Source: Malacoraja senta (lineage: Eukaryota). Taken from it: 64,000 nucleotides of DNA. The DNA lies in the NCBI GenBank assembly GCA_038087875.1, contig CM076001.1, positions 2,046,001 to 2,110,000 on the forward strand, given 5' to 3'. The notes under the pieces were generated by a model. That model searched no databases. It was not told the origin of the DNA and was given only the letters and a program-made list of their open reading frames with translations. The position numbers were made by a program, and so were the translations under genes. Positions 26,183-37,542 of the stretch are shown here, piece by piece. Position 1 is the first letter of the stretch. Each line of letters starts with the position of its first letter.

Positions 26183-29100
26183 GTGAGCTTTCTTTCCCGT
26201 TAATTCGGGGGTCATTAACCATCCCTTTACTCTCTTTCCCTTTAACTCCATCCTCGACTATCCCATTTGACACCCCACCTCCCCTATTCAGTTTAAAACC
26301 ACCCGTGTAGCAGTGGCAAACCTGCCTGCCAGAATGCGGGTCCCACACCTGTTAAGATGCAATCCGCCCCTTTTGTACAGTCCCCCCTTACTCCAAAACA
26401 GATCCCAGTAATCTAAGAATCTAAATCCCTGCCTCCTGCACCAGTTCCTCAGCCACACATGCAGGTCCCGTACCTCCCTGTTTCTGCTCTCGCCAGCACG
26501 AGGAACTGGAAGCAAACCGGAGATAACAACTCTGGAGGTCCTGCTTTTCAGCATTCTTCCCAGCTCTCTAAAGTCACGCTGCAGAATATTCATCCCCTTC
26601 TTTCCGACGTCGTTTGTGCCGACATGCACTACCACTTCCGGCAGTTCACCTTCGCCCTTGAGGATTTTCTGCACTCTGTCCGTGACATCCTGGATCCTGG
26701 CACCAGGAAGGCAGCACACCATCCTCGAATCCCGTCTATTGCCGCAGAAACCCCTGTCCGTACCTCTCACAATGGAGTCTCCAACTACAATAGCGTTGTC
26801 TGACGTTGGCCTCTTTGGTTTTAGCTCAACAGCCCTTTTTGCTTCGCAGGCCAGTCCGCCGCTCAGTCTGATAACGTCTTCTGTCCCGACAGCTTCTAAG
26901 TGGGTGAACATGTTCACAAGAAGTACAACACCCGGGGACGTTTGCATTCCATGTTTCCCTCCCTTTCTCACCGTCACCCAGACAAAACCAGGGCAAAAAT
27001 CAAAAAGGGCCACTTTTCAACATAATTGTATAAGGGGTAAGAGTGTTGTAAAAACAAGCCTGAAGGCTTTGTGTCTCAATGCAAGGAGCATTCGTAATAA
27101 GGTGGATGAGTTGAATGTGCAGATAGCTATTAATGACTATGATATAGTTGGGATCACGGAGACATGGCTCCAGGGTGACCAAGGCTGGGAGCTGAACATC
27201 CAGGGATATTCAATATTCAGGAGGGATAGAGAGAAAGGAAAAGGAGGTGGGGTAGCATTGATGATTAGAGAGGAGATTAACGCAATGGAAAGGAAGGACA
27301 TTAGGATCGAGGATGTGGAATCGGTATGGGTAGAGCTGCGAAACACTAAGGGGCAGAAAACGCTGGTGGGTGTTGTGTACAGGCCACCTAACAGTAGTAG
27401 TGAAGTTGGAGATGGTATCAAACAGGAAATTAGAAATGCGTGCGACAAAGGCAAAGCAGTTATAATGGGTGACTTCAATCTACATATAGATTGGGTGAAT
27501 CAAATTGGCAGGGGTGCTGAGGAAGAGGATTTCTTGGAATGTATGCGGGATAGTTATCTAAATCAACATGTAGAGGAACCAACGAGAGAGCAGGCTATTT
27601 TAGACTGGGTATTGAGTAATGAGGAAGGGTTAGTTAGCAGTCTTGTTGTACGTGCCCCCTTGGGCAAGAGTGACCATAATATGGTTGAGTTCTTCATTAG
27701 GATGGAGAGTGACATTGTTAATTCAGAAACAATGGTTCTGAACTTAAAGAAAGGTAACTTTGAGGGTATGAGACATGAATTGGCCATGATTGACTGGCAA
27801 TTAATTCTAAAAGGGTTGACGGTGGACATGCAATGGAAGACATTTAAAGACTGCATGGATGAACTACAAAAATTGTTCATCCCAGTTTGGCAAAAGAATA
27901 AATCAGGGAAGGTAGTGCATCCGTGGATAACAAGGGAAATCAGGGATGGTATCAAAGCGAAAGATGATGCGTACAAATTAGCCAGAAAAAGCAGCATACC
28001 AGAGGACTGGGAGAAATTCAGAGACCAGCAGAGGAGGACAAAGGGCTTAATTAGGAAAGGAAAAATAGATTATGAAAGAAAACTGGCAGGGAACATAAAA
28101 ACTAACTGCAAACATTTTTATAAATATGTAAAAAGAAAGAGATTAGTTAAAACAAATGTAGGTCCCTTGCAGTCAGAAACAGGTGAGTTGATCATGGGGA
28201 ACGAGGATATGGCGGACCAATTGAATAACTACTTTGGTTCCGTCTTCACTAAGGAAGACATAAATAATCTGCCGGAAATAGCAGGGGACCGCGGGTCAAA
28301 GGAGTTGGAGGAATTGAGTGAAATCCAGGTTAGTCGGGAAGTGGTTTTGGGTAAATTGAATGGATTAAAGGCCGATAAATCCCCAGGGCCAGATAGGCTG
28401 CATCCCAGAGTACTCAAGGAAGTAGCTCCAGAAATAGTGGATGCATTAGTAATAATCTTTCAAAATTCTTTAGATTCTGGAGTAGTTCCTGAGGATTGGC
28501 GGGTAGCAAACGTAACCCCACTTTTTAAGAAGGGAGGGAGAGAGAAAACGGGGAATTACAGACCAGTTAGTCTAACATCGGTAGTGGGGAAACTGCTAGA
28601 GTCAGTTATTAAAGATGGGATAGCAGCACATTTGGAAAGTGGTGAAATCATTGGACAAAGTCAGCATGGATTTACGAAAGGTAAATCATGTCTGACGAAT
28701 CTTATAGAATTTTTCGAGGATGTAACTAGTAGCGTGGATAGGGGAGAACCAGTGGATGTGGTGTATCTGGACTTCCAGAAGGCTTTCGACAAGGTCCCAC
28801 ATAAGAGATTAGTATACAAACTTAAAGCACATGGCATTGGGGGTTCAGTATTGATGTGGATAGAGAACTGGCTGGCAAACAGGAAGCAAAGAGTAGGAGT
28901 AAACGGGTCCTTTTCACAATGGCAGGCAGTGACTAGTGGGGTACCGCAAGGCTCAGTGCTGGGACCCCAGCTATTTACAATATATATTAATGACCTGGAT
29001 GAGGGAATTGAAGGCAATATCTCCAAGTTTGCGGATGATACTAAGCTGGGGGGCAGTGTTAGCTGTGAGGAGGATGCTAGGAGACTGCAAGGTGACTTGG

Positions 29101-31835
29101 ATAGGCTGGGTGAGTGGGCAAATGTTTGGCAGATGCAGTATAATGTGGATAAATGTGAGGTTATCCATTTTGGTGCCAAAAACAGGAAAGCAGACTATTT
29201 TCTAAATGGTGGCCGACTAGGAAAAGGGGAGATGCAGCGAGACCTGGGTGTCATGGTACACCAGTCATTGAAAGTAGGCATGCAGGTGCAGCAGGCAGTG
29301 AAGAAAGCGAATGGTATGTTAGCTTTCATAGCAAAAGGATTTGAGTATAGGAGCAGGGAGGTTCTACTGCAGTTGTACAGGGTCTTGGTGAGACCACACC
29401 TGGAGTATTGCGTACAGTTTTGGTCTCCAAATCTGAGGAAGGACATTATTGCCATAGAGGAAGTGCAGAGAAGGTTCACCAGACTGATTCCTGGGATGTC
29501 AGGACTGTCTTATGAAGAAAGACTGGATAGACTTGGTTTATACTCTCTAGAATTTAGGAGATTGAGAGGGGATCTTATAGAAACTTACAAAATTCTTAAG
29601 GGGTTGGACAGGCTAGATGCAGGAAGATTGCTCCCGATGTTGGGGAAGTCCAGGACAAGGGGTCACAGCTTAAGAATAAGGGGGAAATCCTTTAAAACCG
29701 AGATGAGAAGAACTTTTTTCACACAGAGAGTGGTGAATCTCTGGAACTCTCTGCCACAGAGGGTAGTCGAGGCCAGTTCATTGGCTATATTTAAGAGGGA
29801 GCTAGATGTGGCCCTTGTGGCTAAAGGGATCAGAGGTTATGGAGAGAAGGTAGGTACGGGATACTGAGTTGGATGATCAGCCATGATCATATTGAATGGC
29901 GGTGCAGGCTCGAAGGGCCGAATGGCCTACTCCTGCACCTAATTTCTATGTTTCTATGTTTCTCTCTTCCAGTACCTTAGGTGTAACAATCTTACTGTAG
30001 GAAGAGGAACGGCTCAGTTTCTCGGACGAACCTGAGGTCATCCACTTGCTTGTGAGCTTTCTTTCCCGTTAATTCGGGGGTCATTAACCATCCCTTTACT
30101 CTTTTTCCCTTTAATTCCATCCTCGACTATCCCATTTGACACCCCACCTCCCCTATTCAGTTTAAAACCACCCGTGTAGCAGTGGCAAACCTGCCTGCCA
30201 GAATGCGGGTCCCACACCTGTTAAGATGCAATCCGCCCCTTTTGTACAGTCCCCCCTTACTCCAAAACAGATCCCAGTAATCTAAGAATCTAAATCCCTG
30301 CCTCCTGCACCAGTTCCTCAGCCACACATGCAGGTCCCGTACCTCCCTGTTTCTGCTCTCGCCAGCACGAGGAACTGGAAGCAAACCGGAGATAACAACT
30401 CTGGAGGTCCTGCTTTTCAGCATTCTTCCCAGCTCTCTAAAGTCACGCTGCAGAATATTCATCCCCTTCTTTCCGACGTCGTTTGTGCCGACATGCACTA
30501 CCACTTCCGGTAGTTCACCTTCGCCCTTGAGGATTTTCTGCACTCTGTCCGTGACATCCTGGATCCTGGCACCAGGAAGGCAGCACACCATCCTCGAATC
30601 CCGTCTATTGCCGCAGAAACCCCTGTCCGTACCTCTCACAATGGAGTCTCCAACTACAATAGCGTTGTCTGACGTTGGCCTCTTTGGTTTTGGCTCAACA
30701 GCCCTTTTTGCTTCGCAGGCCAGTCCGCCGCTCAGTCTGATAACGTCTTCTGTCCCGACAGCTTCTAAGTGGGTGAACCTGTTCACAAGAAGTACAACAC
30801 CCGGGGACGTTTGCATTCCATGTTTCCCTCCCTTTCTCACCGTCACCCACCTTCTCTCTTCCAGTACCTTAGGTGTAACAATCTTACTGTAGGAAGAGGA
30901 ACGGCTCAGTTTCTCGGACGAACCTGAGGTCATCCACTTGCTTGTGAGCTTTCTTTCCCGTTAATTCGGGGGTCATTAACCATCCCTTTACTCTCTTTCC
31001 CTTTAACTCCATCCTCGACTATCCCATTTGACAACCCACCTCCCCTATTCAGTTTAAAACCACCCGTGTAGCAGTGGCAAACCTGCCTGCCAGAATGCGG
31101 GTCCCACACCTGTTAAGATGCAATCCGCCCCTTTTGTACAGTCCCCCCTTACTCCAAAACAGATCCCAGTAATCTAAGAATCTAAATCCCTGCCTCCTGC
31201 ACCAGTTCCTCAGCCACACATGCAGGTCCCGTACCTCCCTGTTTCTGCTCTCGCCAGCACGAGGAACTGGAAGCAAACCGGAGATAACAACTCTGGAGGT
31301 CCTGCTTTTCAGCATTCTTCCCAGCTCTCTAAAGTCACGCTGCAGAATATTCATCCCCTTCTTTCCGACGTCGTTTGTGCCGACATGCACTACCACTTCC
31401 GGCAGTTCACCTTCGCCCTTGAGGATTTTCTGCACTCTGTCCGTGACATCCTGGATCCTGGCACCAGGAAGGCAGCACACCATCCTCGAATCCCGTCTAT
31501 TGCCGCAGAAACCCCTGTCCGTACCTCTCACAATGGAGTCTCCAACTACAATAGCGTTGTCTGACGTTGGCCTCTTTGGTTTTGGCTCAACAGCCCTTTT
31601 TGCTTCGCAGGCCAGTCCGCCGCTCAGTCTGATAACGTCTTCTGTCCCGACAGCTTCTAAGTGGGTGAACCTGTTCACAAGAAGTACAACACCCGGGGAC
31701 GTTTGCATTCCATGTTTCCCTCCCTTTCTCACCGTCACCCACCTTCTCTCTTCCAGTACCTTAGGTGTAACAATCTTACTGTAGGAAGAGGAACGGCTCA
31801 GTTTCTCGGACGAACCTGAGGTCATCCACTTGCTT
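25292..31835 (-). repeat. Four tandem copies of an ~892-bp CR1 ORF1 SGNH-esterase segment
   Basis: Junction 'atccacttgctt|gtgagctttc' at 26183, 30052 and 30944. ORFs 25396-26172, 26288-27013, 30157-30933 and 31049-31852 encode GDS..G..N..H. Confidence 0.92.
26981..29963 (+). mobile_element. Young CR1 LINE, 5'-truncated, with uninterrupted ORF2
   Basis: Open frame from insertion start to 29867: LCLNARS, GITETW, YRPPNS, GDFN, SDH (APE); YLDFQKAFD, PQGSVLGP, FADD (RT); 3' UTR and (TTTCTATG)n tail. Confidence 0.95.
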
Positions 31836-32802
31836 CTCCAGTTCCCCAACACTGTCCTTCAGGATCTGTACCTGGATGTACTTCTCACATTTGTAGCAGC
31901 GGTGTCATTGACCTCCCACATACTGCAAGCATCACACTGAATCAGCTTACCTGACATTTCCTTCTTCGTCTCTCCCTCTCCAGCGTTTTGCGTAGCCTCC
32001 TCTCCTCAGCCTCCTCGCCGAAGACTCTCGAGCCAAAGACTCACTCTTTTCTCACAGGGCACTTCCCTCACAAGGCCGATCCCTCACTGCCGCTCCCTAA
32101 GACCCGTCTTGCTTATATTGACTGATAAATTCTCTTTGTTGCTGTAGCTTCAAAATCGACGGGAGTTCTGAGTAAAGTCTGCCTGTGCTTTGCCTCTCCT
32201 TTTCAACTCTTTCCCCCCTCTGACTCACTTCTAACTCGCCTCCCATCTCGGGCTAGAGCCAATCAGTGTTTTCTCCTGATCTGTTCTGTAGTCATGCCTA
32301 CTATGTTCTGATGTGCTGAAGCAAAGCAAGAATTTCATTGTCCTATCAGGGACACATGACAATAAATTCTCTTGAATCTGAAATCTTGAATGATCACATT
32401 GAATGGCGGTGTTGGCTCGAAGGGCCGAATGGCCTACTCCTTCGCCGATAGTCTGTTGAAAAGGAGCTAATCAGCTACCTTCCAACTCCGTCTTATTTGC
32501 AGGACATTCTCTCTCTGCTTCCAGACGCATAAACTAATTTACTGCACAAACACATGTGTTACTTTTTAAGGTAGTGGGCTCGACTGTTGTCTCACTAGAG
32601 CCCTATACAACTGCAGAAGAACCTCTTTACTCCTATACTGAAATCCTCTTGTTATGAAGGCCAACATTCCATTAGATTTCTTCACTGCCTGCTGTACCTG
32701 CACGCCAACTTTCAGTGACCTGTTTACATGGACACACAGGTCTCGCTGTACCTCCCCCTTACCTAACCTAACCCCATTGAGATAATAATCTGCCTCCTTG
32801 TT

Positions 32803-33005
32803 TGTAGATGAGATATGCATGTGCCTTTAACATAGTGACCTCACACCCACTAACCACTCCCCATATCACAAGTATAACTACAACCTCCACACCCACAGAT
32901 CGCCCTCTAGTTCCTGTGACAGACCACGTACAGCTAGTGCAATGTATAATGTCCAGTATGAATAAAGATAGTAAAGTAACGATGTCTCGATATCAACCCT
33001 TTACA
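32803..33005 (+). repeat. 5' LTR
   Basis: TGTAGATGAG...CCCTTTACA, identical to 37340-37542. Confidence 0.95.
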
Positions 33006-33097
33006 TGGTGTCAAATAACGCACCTTGCGCCTCCCGTTTATCGGTTTATCATTTAATTTTGACCCAGTTTTTTGTTTCCCCCCCTAACGGTTTTGTT

Positions 33098-36000
33098 ATG
33101 GCCTCTTCTGCCCGTAAGCCCGATGCGCTCGTTTTCGATTTCGACATCGCCCTTCGATGGGACATATTCAAACGCGACTTTGAACACTATTTCACGATTG
33201 CCCATCCTGGCGCCACCGACGCTCTCAAAGCCTCGCTGCTTCTCAACTTGGCTGGTCCCAACGCCTTGACTCGCTCGGACTTCTTCGTCTACGCTCCTGG
33301 AGAATCAGCTCGGGACCCGGCGTGTCTGTTGGCTAAGTTTGACGCTATTTGTGACATTCCTACTAATTGTATTTTAGAACGTTTTAAACTGTTCGCGCGG
33401 CGTCAGCTCCCTGGGGAATCGGCTGAGAACTATGTCATTGCGCTGCGGGACCTGGGCAGGCGCTGCCGCCTCGAGACGTGGACCCCCGATAATGTCATCA
33501 GGGACCTACTGGTTTACGGTCTCCGTGATGAGAAGCTCAGGTCCGAACTACTTCGCAAGCCGGATCTGACCTTGGCCGATGCAATGCACGCCAGTCGCTT
33601 AGCCGACGCTGTTTCCGCGGCGGCGCCGCCGGCTGAACAGGCGATCAACTTTGCCAGCACTCCTAGCTATCCCATGAACGCACCCCAGTCGCGACCCCCG
33701 GTGTCGCTCGCTGCTCGAGGGGGACGCGCCCCGGGGTTCGGTGGTGCCACAAGGGGAGACACCCAGCAAAGGTGCCCTAATTGCAACTTCACATCTCATC
33801 AGTTCAATGTGTGCCCTGCGCTGGGAAAGTACTGCAACTCCTGTAATAAATTGAACCATTTTGCTGCAGCCTGTCGTTCCCGTGGGAAGCCTGTCGCTGC
33901 TCGAAGGCAAAATTTAAACAACCTTCTACAGTCGGATAATGATCTCAGCTCCCAGCACTATTCCGATGAACTTTCTGTTCCCACATCCAACTCCTCTCAG
34001 GCAGAAACCAGCTTGTTTACCGTGCTGAACGCACCTGCTATGATAACGGATCCTTCTGTGCAAGTCACTGTGAACAACTCGACCTTCACGGCCAAAATCG
34101 ACACTGGGGCGGTTACCAATGTTATGTCAACATCTCTTTTCAACCAGATAAGGACTAATGAGAAGATATTTTCTCAGAGCTCAAACCTGCATGCCTACGG
34201 TGGGGAGATCCTTACGCCTGTGGGCAAGGCCACACTACACTGCAAGATACTGAAGGCCACTCGGCCCCTCACCTTCTTTCTCCTCAATCGGAGTTGCGTT
34301 CCCCTGCTGGGGATCCAGGCATGCCAGGAAATGGGACTGGTGTCCTTCCACCGGGACATCCACCACGTGCGGGCTCTTATGGACCCGCTGGCCGAGTATC
34401 CTGACCGCTTTGATGATAAGCTAGGCAAACTACCCTGCAGCTACAAGATTGAAGTGGACCATAAGATCGTTCCTGTGGTCCATGCTCCTCACCGTATTTC
34501 CTTCGCCATGAGGGACAAAGTGGAGGCGACCCTACACAGTATGGTACAAATGGGCGTCCTAAAGGCGGTCGTCGAGCCCACCAGCTGGGTCTCTTCCATG
34601 GTTGTTGCTGCTAAAAAGGACATGAGTGAGATACGCATCTGCATCAACCCCAGAGACCTCAACCTGGCCATTCGGCGCCCTCACTACCCTATGAGAACGG
34701 TGGAAGACGTCGCTGCACGGGTTGGTCCAGCAACGGTCTTTTCGGTCCTCGATGCCAAGAGTTCATTCTGGCAGATACCACTGGACGAGCGGTCGTCCAT
34801 TTTGACAACCTTCGCCACCCCCTACGGAAGGTTTCGGTTCCTCCGAATGCCCTTCGGAATCAACTCTGCCAGCGAGGTATTCCAGCGAACCATGGAACAG
34901 TTGTTTTCAGACCTGCCTTGCGCCATAATTGTTGACGACATCCTCGTTTACGGTAAGGATGTTGCCGAACACGATGTCAACCTCCGCCTGATCCTGGACC
35001 GGGCCAGGCAAAATCAACTTGAAACTGAACCCCAAGAAGTGCCGATTCCGCGTCTCGGAGGTCACCTATGTTGGACATGTATTCACCGCTGAGGGGCTAA
35101 AGCCAGACCCGCAGAAAACGGCTGCCATCTCAGGGATGCCTCCTCCTACTAACGTGGCAGGCCTGCAACGCTTTCTCGGCTTGGTAAACTACCTGGGGAA
35201 GTTCATCCCCGACCTAAGCGAGCTCAGCGCTCCCCTGAGGGATCTGATCAAAAAGGACACTTCCTGGCTTTGGTTACCCAATCATCAGAAGGCATTTGAC
35301 ATTCTTAAGTCTAAACTGATTAGCACACCCACGCTCAAGTTCTTTGACCTGCGGCATCCCATTGTCCTCACCTGCGACGCCTCTCAATTCGGACTCGGTG
35401 CCGCCTGCCTCCAGGTCCATGACGGCCTGCAGACGCCTGTCTCATTCGCGTCCCGCACCATGACCGCCACCGAACAGCACTACGCGCAGATTGAGAAGGA
35501 GCTACTGGCCGTGCTGTTTGCCTGCTCCAAATTCCGGGACTACATCGTGGGCAACACTTTCACCGTTGAAACTGACCATCAACCACTTGTTACCATCCTC
35601 AACAAACCGATCCATGTGGCCTCATCACGTCTGCAGCGCATGCTGCTGCAGCTCCAGCGTTTCACGTTCACGGTGGTTTATCGTAAGGGGAAGGACATGT
35701 TCGTAGCCGACACGTTGTCTCGCGCCCCGCTGCCGTCCACTGCTCGCCACCAATACGAAACGTCCGAGTTACTAGTACTACGATTGAACTTCGTCCCCTC
35801 GCCACAGATGAAATCCCTGGTTGAACACACTACCAACGACCCTGCCCTGCAACAGCTGTCTGCCGTCATCCGGCAGGGCTGGCCTGACCGTCGCTCGGCA
35901 CTGCCGGCTGGAGCCGTGCCCTACTTCCTGATTCGGGACGAGCTCGTATTGCACGACGGCGTGGTGGTGAAGGGTCACAAAGTGGTCGTGCCCGCGGCGC

Positions 36001-37270
36001 TGCACGACCACTATTTCAGGTCGCACACCGCGGTCACACTGGGGCCGAAGCCACTTTGTCTCTCGCCAAGGCACAATTCTATTGGCCGGATATGGCAAAG
36101 TACATCCGGGAGAGGGTCTCATCGTGTTCCACCTGCAACAGCCGCGCCCCCCATCAGCAGCGTCAGCCGCTTCTACAGCAGCCCGCGCCCGGGCTGCCCT
36201 GGATGGCGCTCGCCACAGACATTTTCGAGTGGCGGGGCAAACATTTCCTGGTACTCGTTGACTTCTACTCCAGCTGGTTTGCGGTTGACCGGCTGCCTTC
36301 CGTGACCTCTTCGGCCGTCATCGACAGGTTGGACCCTCACTTTAGCACTTTTGGCCCCCCGGCAAGCCTGCAGTCGGACAATGGCAGCCAGTTCACGAGC
36401 TCCGAGTTTAAAGCGTTCGCTTCCAGATGGAACTTTCGCCATTTCACAAGCAGCCCGGAGTACCCGCAAAGCAACGGTTTGGCCGAGCGCGCGGTCCGCA
36501 GTGCTAAGCACCTGTTGGAACAGTGTGGTGGCATTAACTCCGACTTCCACCTGGCCCTCCTCAGCCTTCGGAACATCTCTCGCGACCCTGCCATGGGTTC
36601 ACCTGCTCAGCGGCTCCTGTCTCGCGCTACCAGGCTCCCACTCCCGGTGGCCCAGCGATCCCTCATACCCTCGGTCCTTCCACCTGCGGCGGTTCAGAAA
36701 CGGATTGCCTTCAGGCAAGACGTCCAAAAGCGGTCCCATGACAGGTCCTGCCGCCCGCTGCCGCCCCTCTTCCCCGGTCAAGTAGTCCGTATGCAGACCA
36801 CTCCCGGTCACTCCAAGCTCGCTACTGTCGTCGGCTCTGCGGGGTCGCCCAGGTCCTATTTCGTCGACTACGCTGGGACCATTTACCGACGGTCTCGCCA
36901 GCACCTTCGGCTCGTCCACGAGCCGCGTCCTCCTCCCGCCGACCCCTTTGCTCCCCCGCTGCCTGTTTCCCGTCCGGCCGTTGCCCTGCCCGTGATTCCC
37001 TGCATGCCTCGCTCTGCTCCTCCTTCGCCCCCTCCGCTCCAACACTCTCCGACTAGTCCTCGCACGCCTCCCCGCGCTCTCCCCGGTCCCGGCCCCGCAT
37101 CCGCTCCGGTTTCGGTGCCGCGATCTCTTCCGTTTCCTCCCGTTTCTCCCTTTCAGGTTCGTCTGTCCCCGCTGGTGCCTCTTCCTCCTCCAGGAAGGGT
37201 GGATGGCGAGACGCGAACCCGGGCGGGACGTCTGGTCAAACCGCCTGACCGCTATGGCGATGTTGCCTAG
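33098..37270 (+). CDS. Gypsy gag-pol polyprotein with two single-base frameshifts
   Basis: Gag with two Cys/His knuckles (CPNC..H..C; CNSC..NH..C), protease KIDTGA, RT VDDILV, RNase H CDAS..EKE..TDH..ADTLSR, integrase HxxH..CxxC and D..SDNG..NGLAE. Shifts at ~35010-35013 (+1) and ~36014-36016 (-1). Confidence 0.92.
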
Positions 37271-37339
37271 CTATCCTAGCGCATGAGCCGTGGTCGCCAT
37301 GTCACCTTTGTATTTGCCTGTCGTTTCGGGGAGGAAGGA

Positions 37340-37542
37340 TGTAGATGAGATATGCATGTGCCTTTAACATAGTGACCTCACACCCACTAACCACTCCCCA
37401 TATCACAAGTATAACTACAACCTCCACACCCACAGATCGCCCTCTAGTTCCTGTGACAGACCACGTACAGCTAGTGCAATGTATAATGTCCAGTATGAAT
37501 AAAGATAGTAAAGTAACGATGTCTCGATATCAACCCTTTACA
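37340..37542 (+). repeat. 3' LTR
   Basis: Identical to 32803-33005, preceded by the polypurine tract. Confidence 0.95.

Larger units (their letters stand above)
32803..37542 (+). mobile_element. Full-length Ty3/Gypsy LTR retrotransposon (probably Mag-like)
   Basis: Identical 203-bp TG..CA LTRs; 5-bp TSD TTGTT (32798-32802, 37543-37547); PBS-like TGGTGTCA at 33006; PPT GGGGAGGAAGGA at 37328-37339. Confidence 0.96.

Noticed and set aside
26616-29867. 1083-aa ORF as a novel fusion protein
   Set aside because: The first ~120 codons are the antisense frame of the older CR1 ORF1, by chance in frame with the inserted CR1 ORF2.
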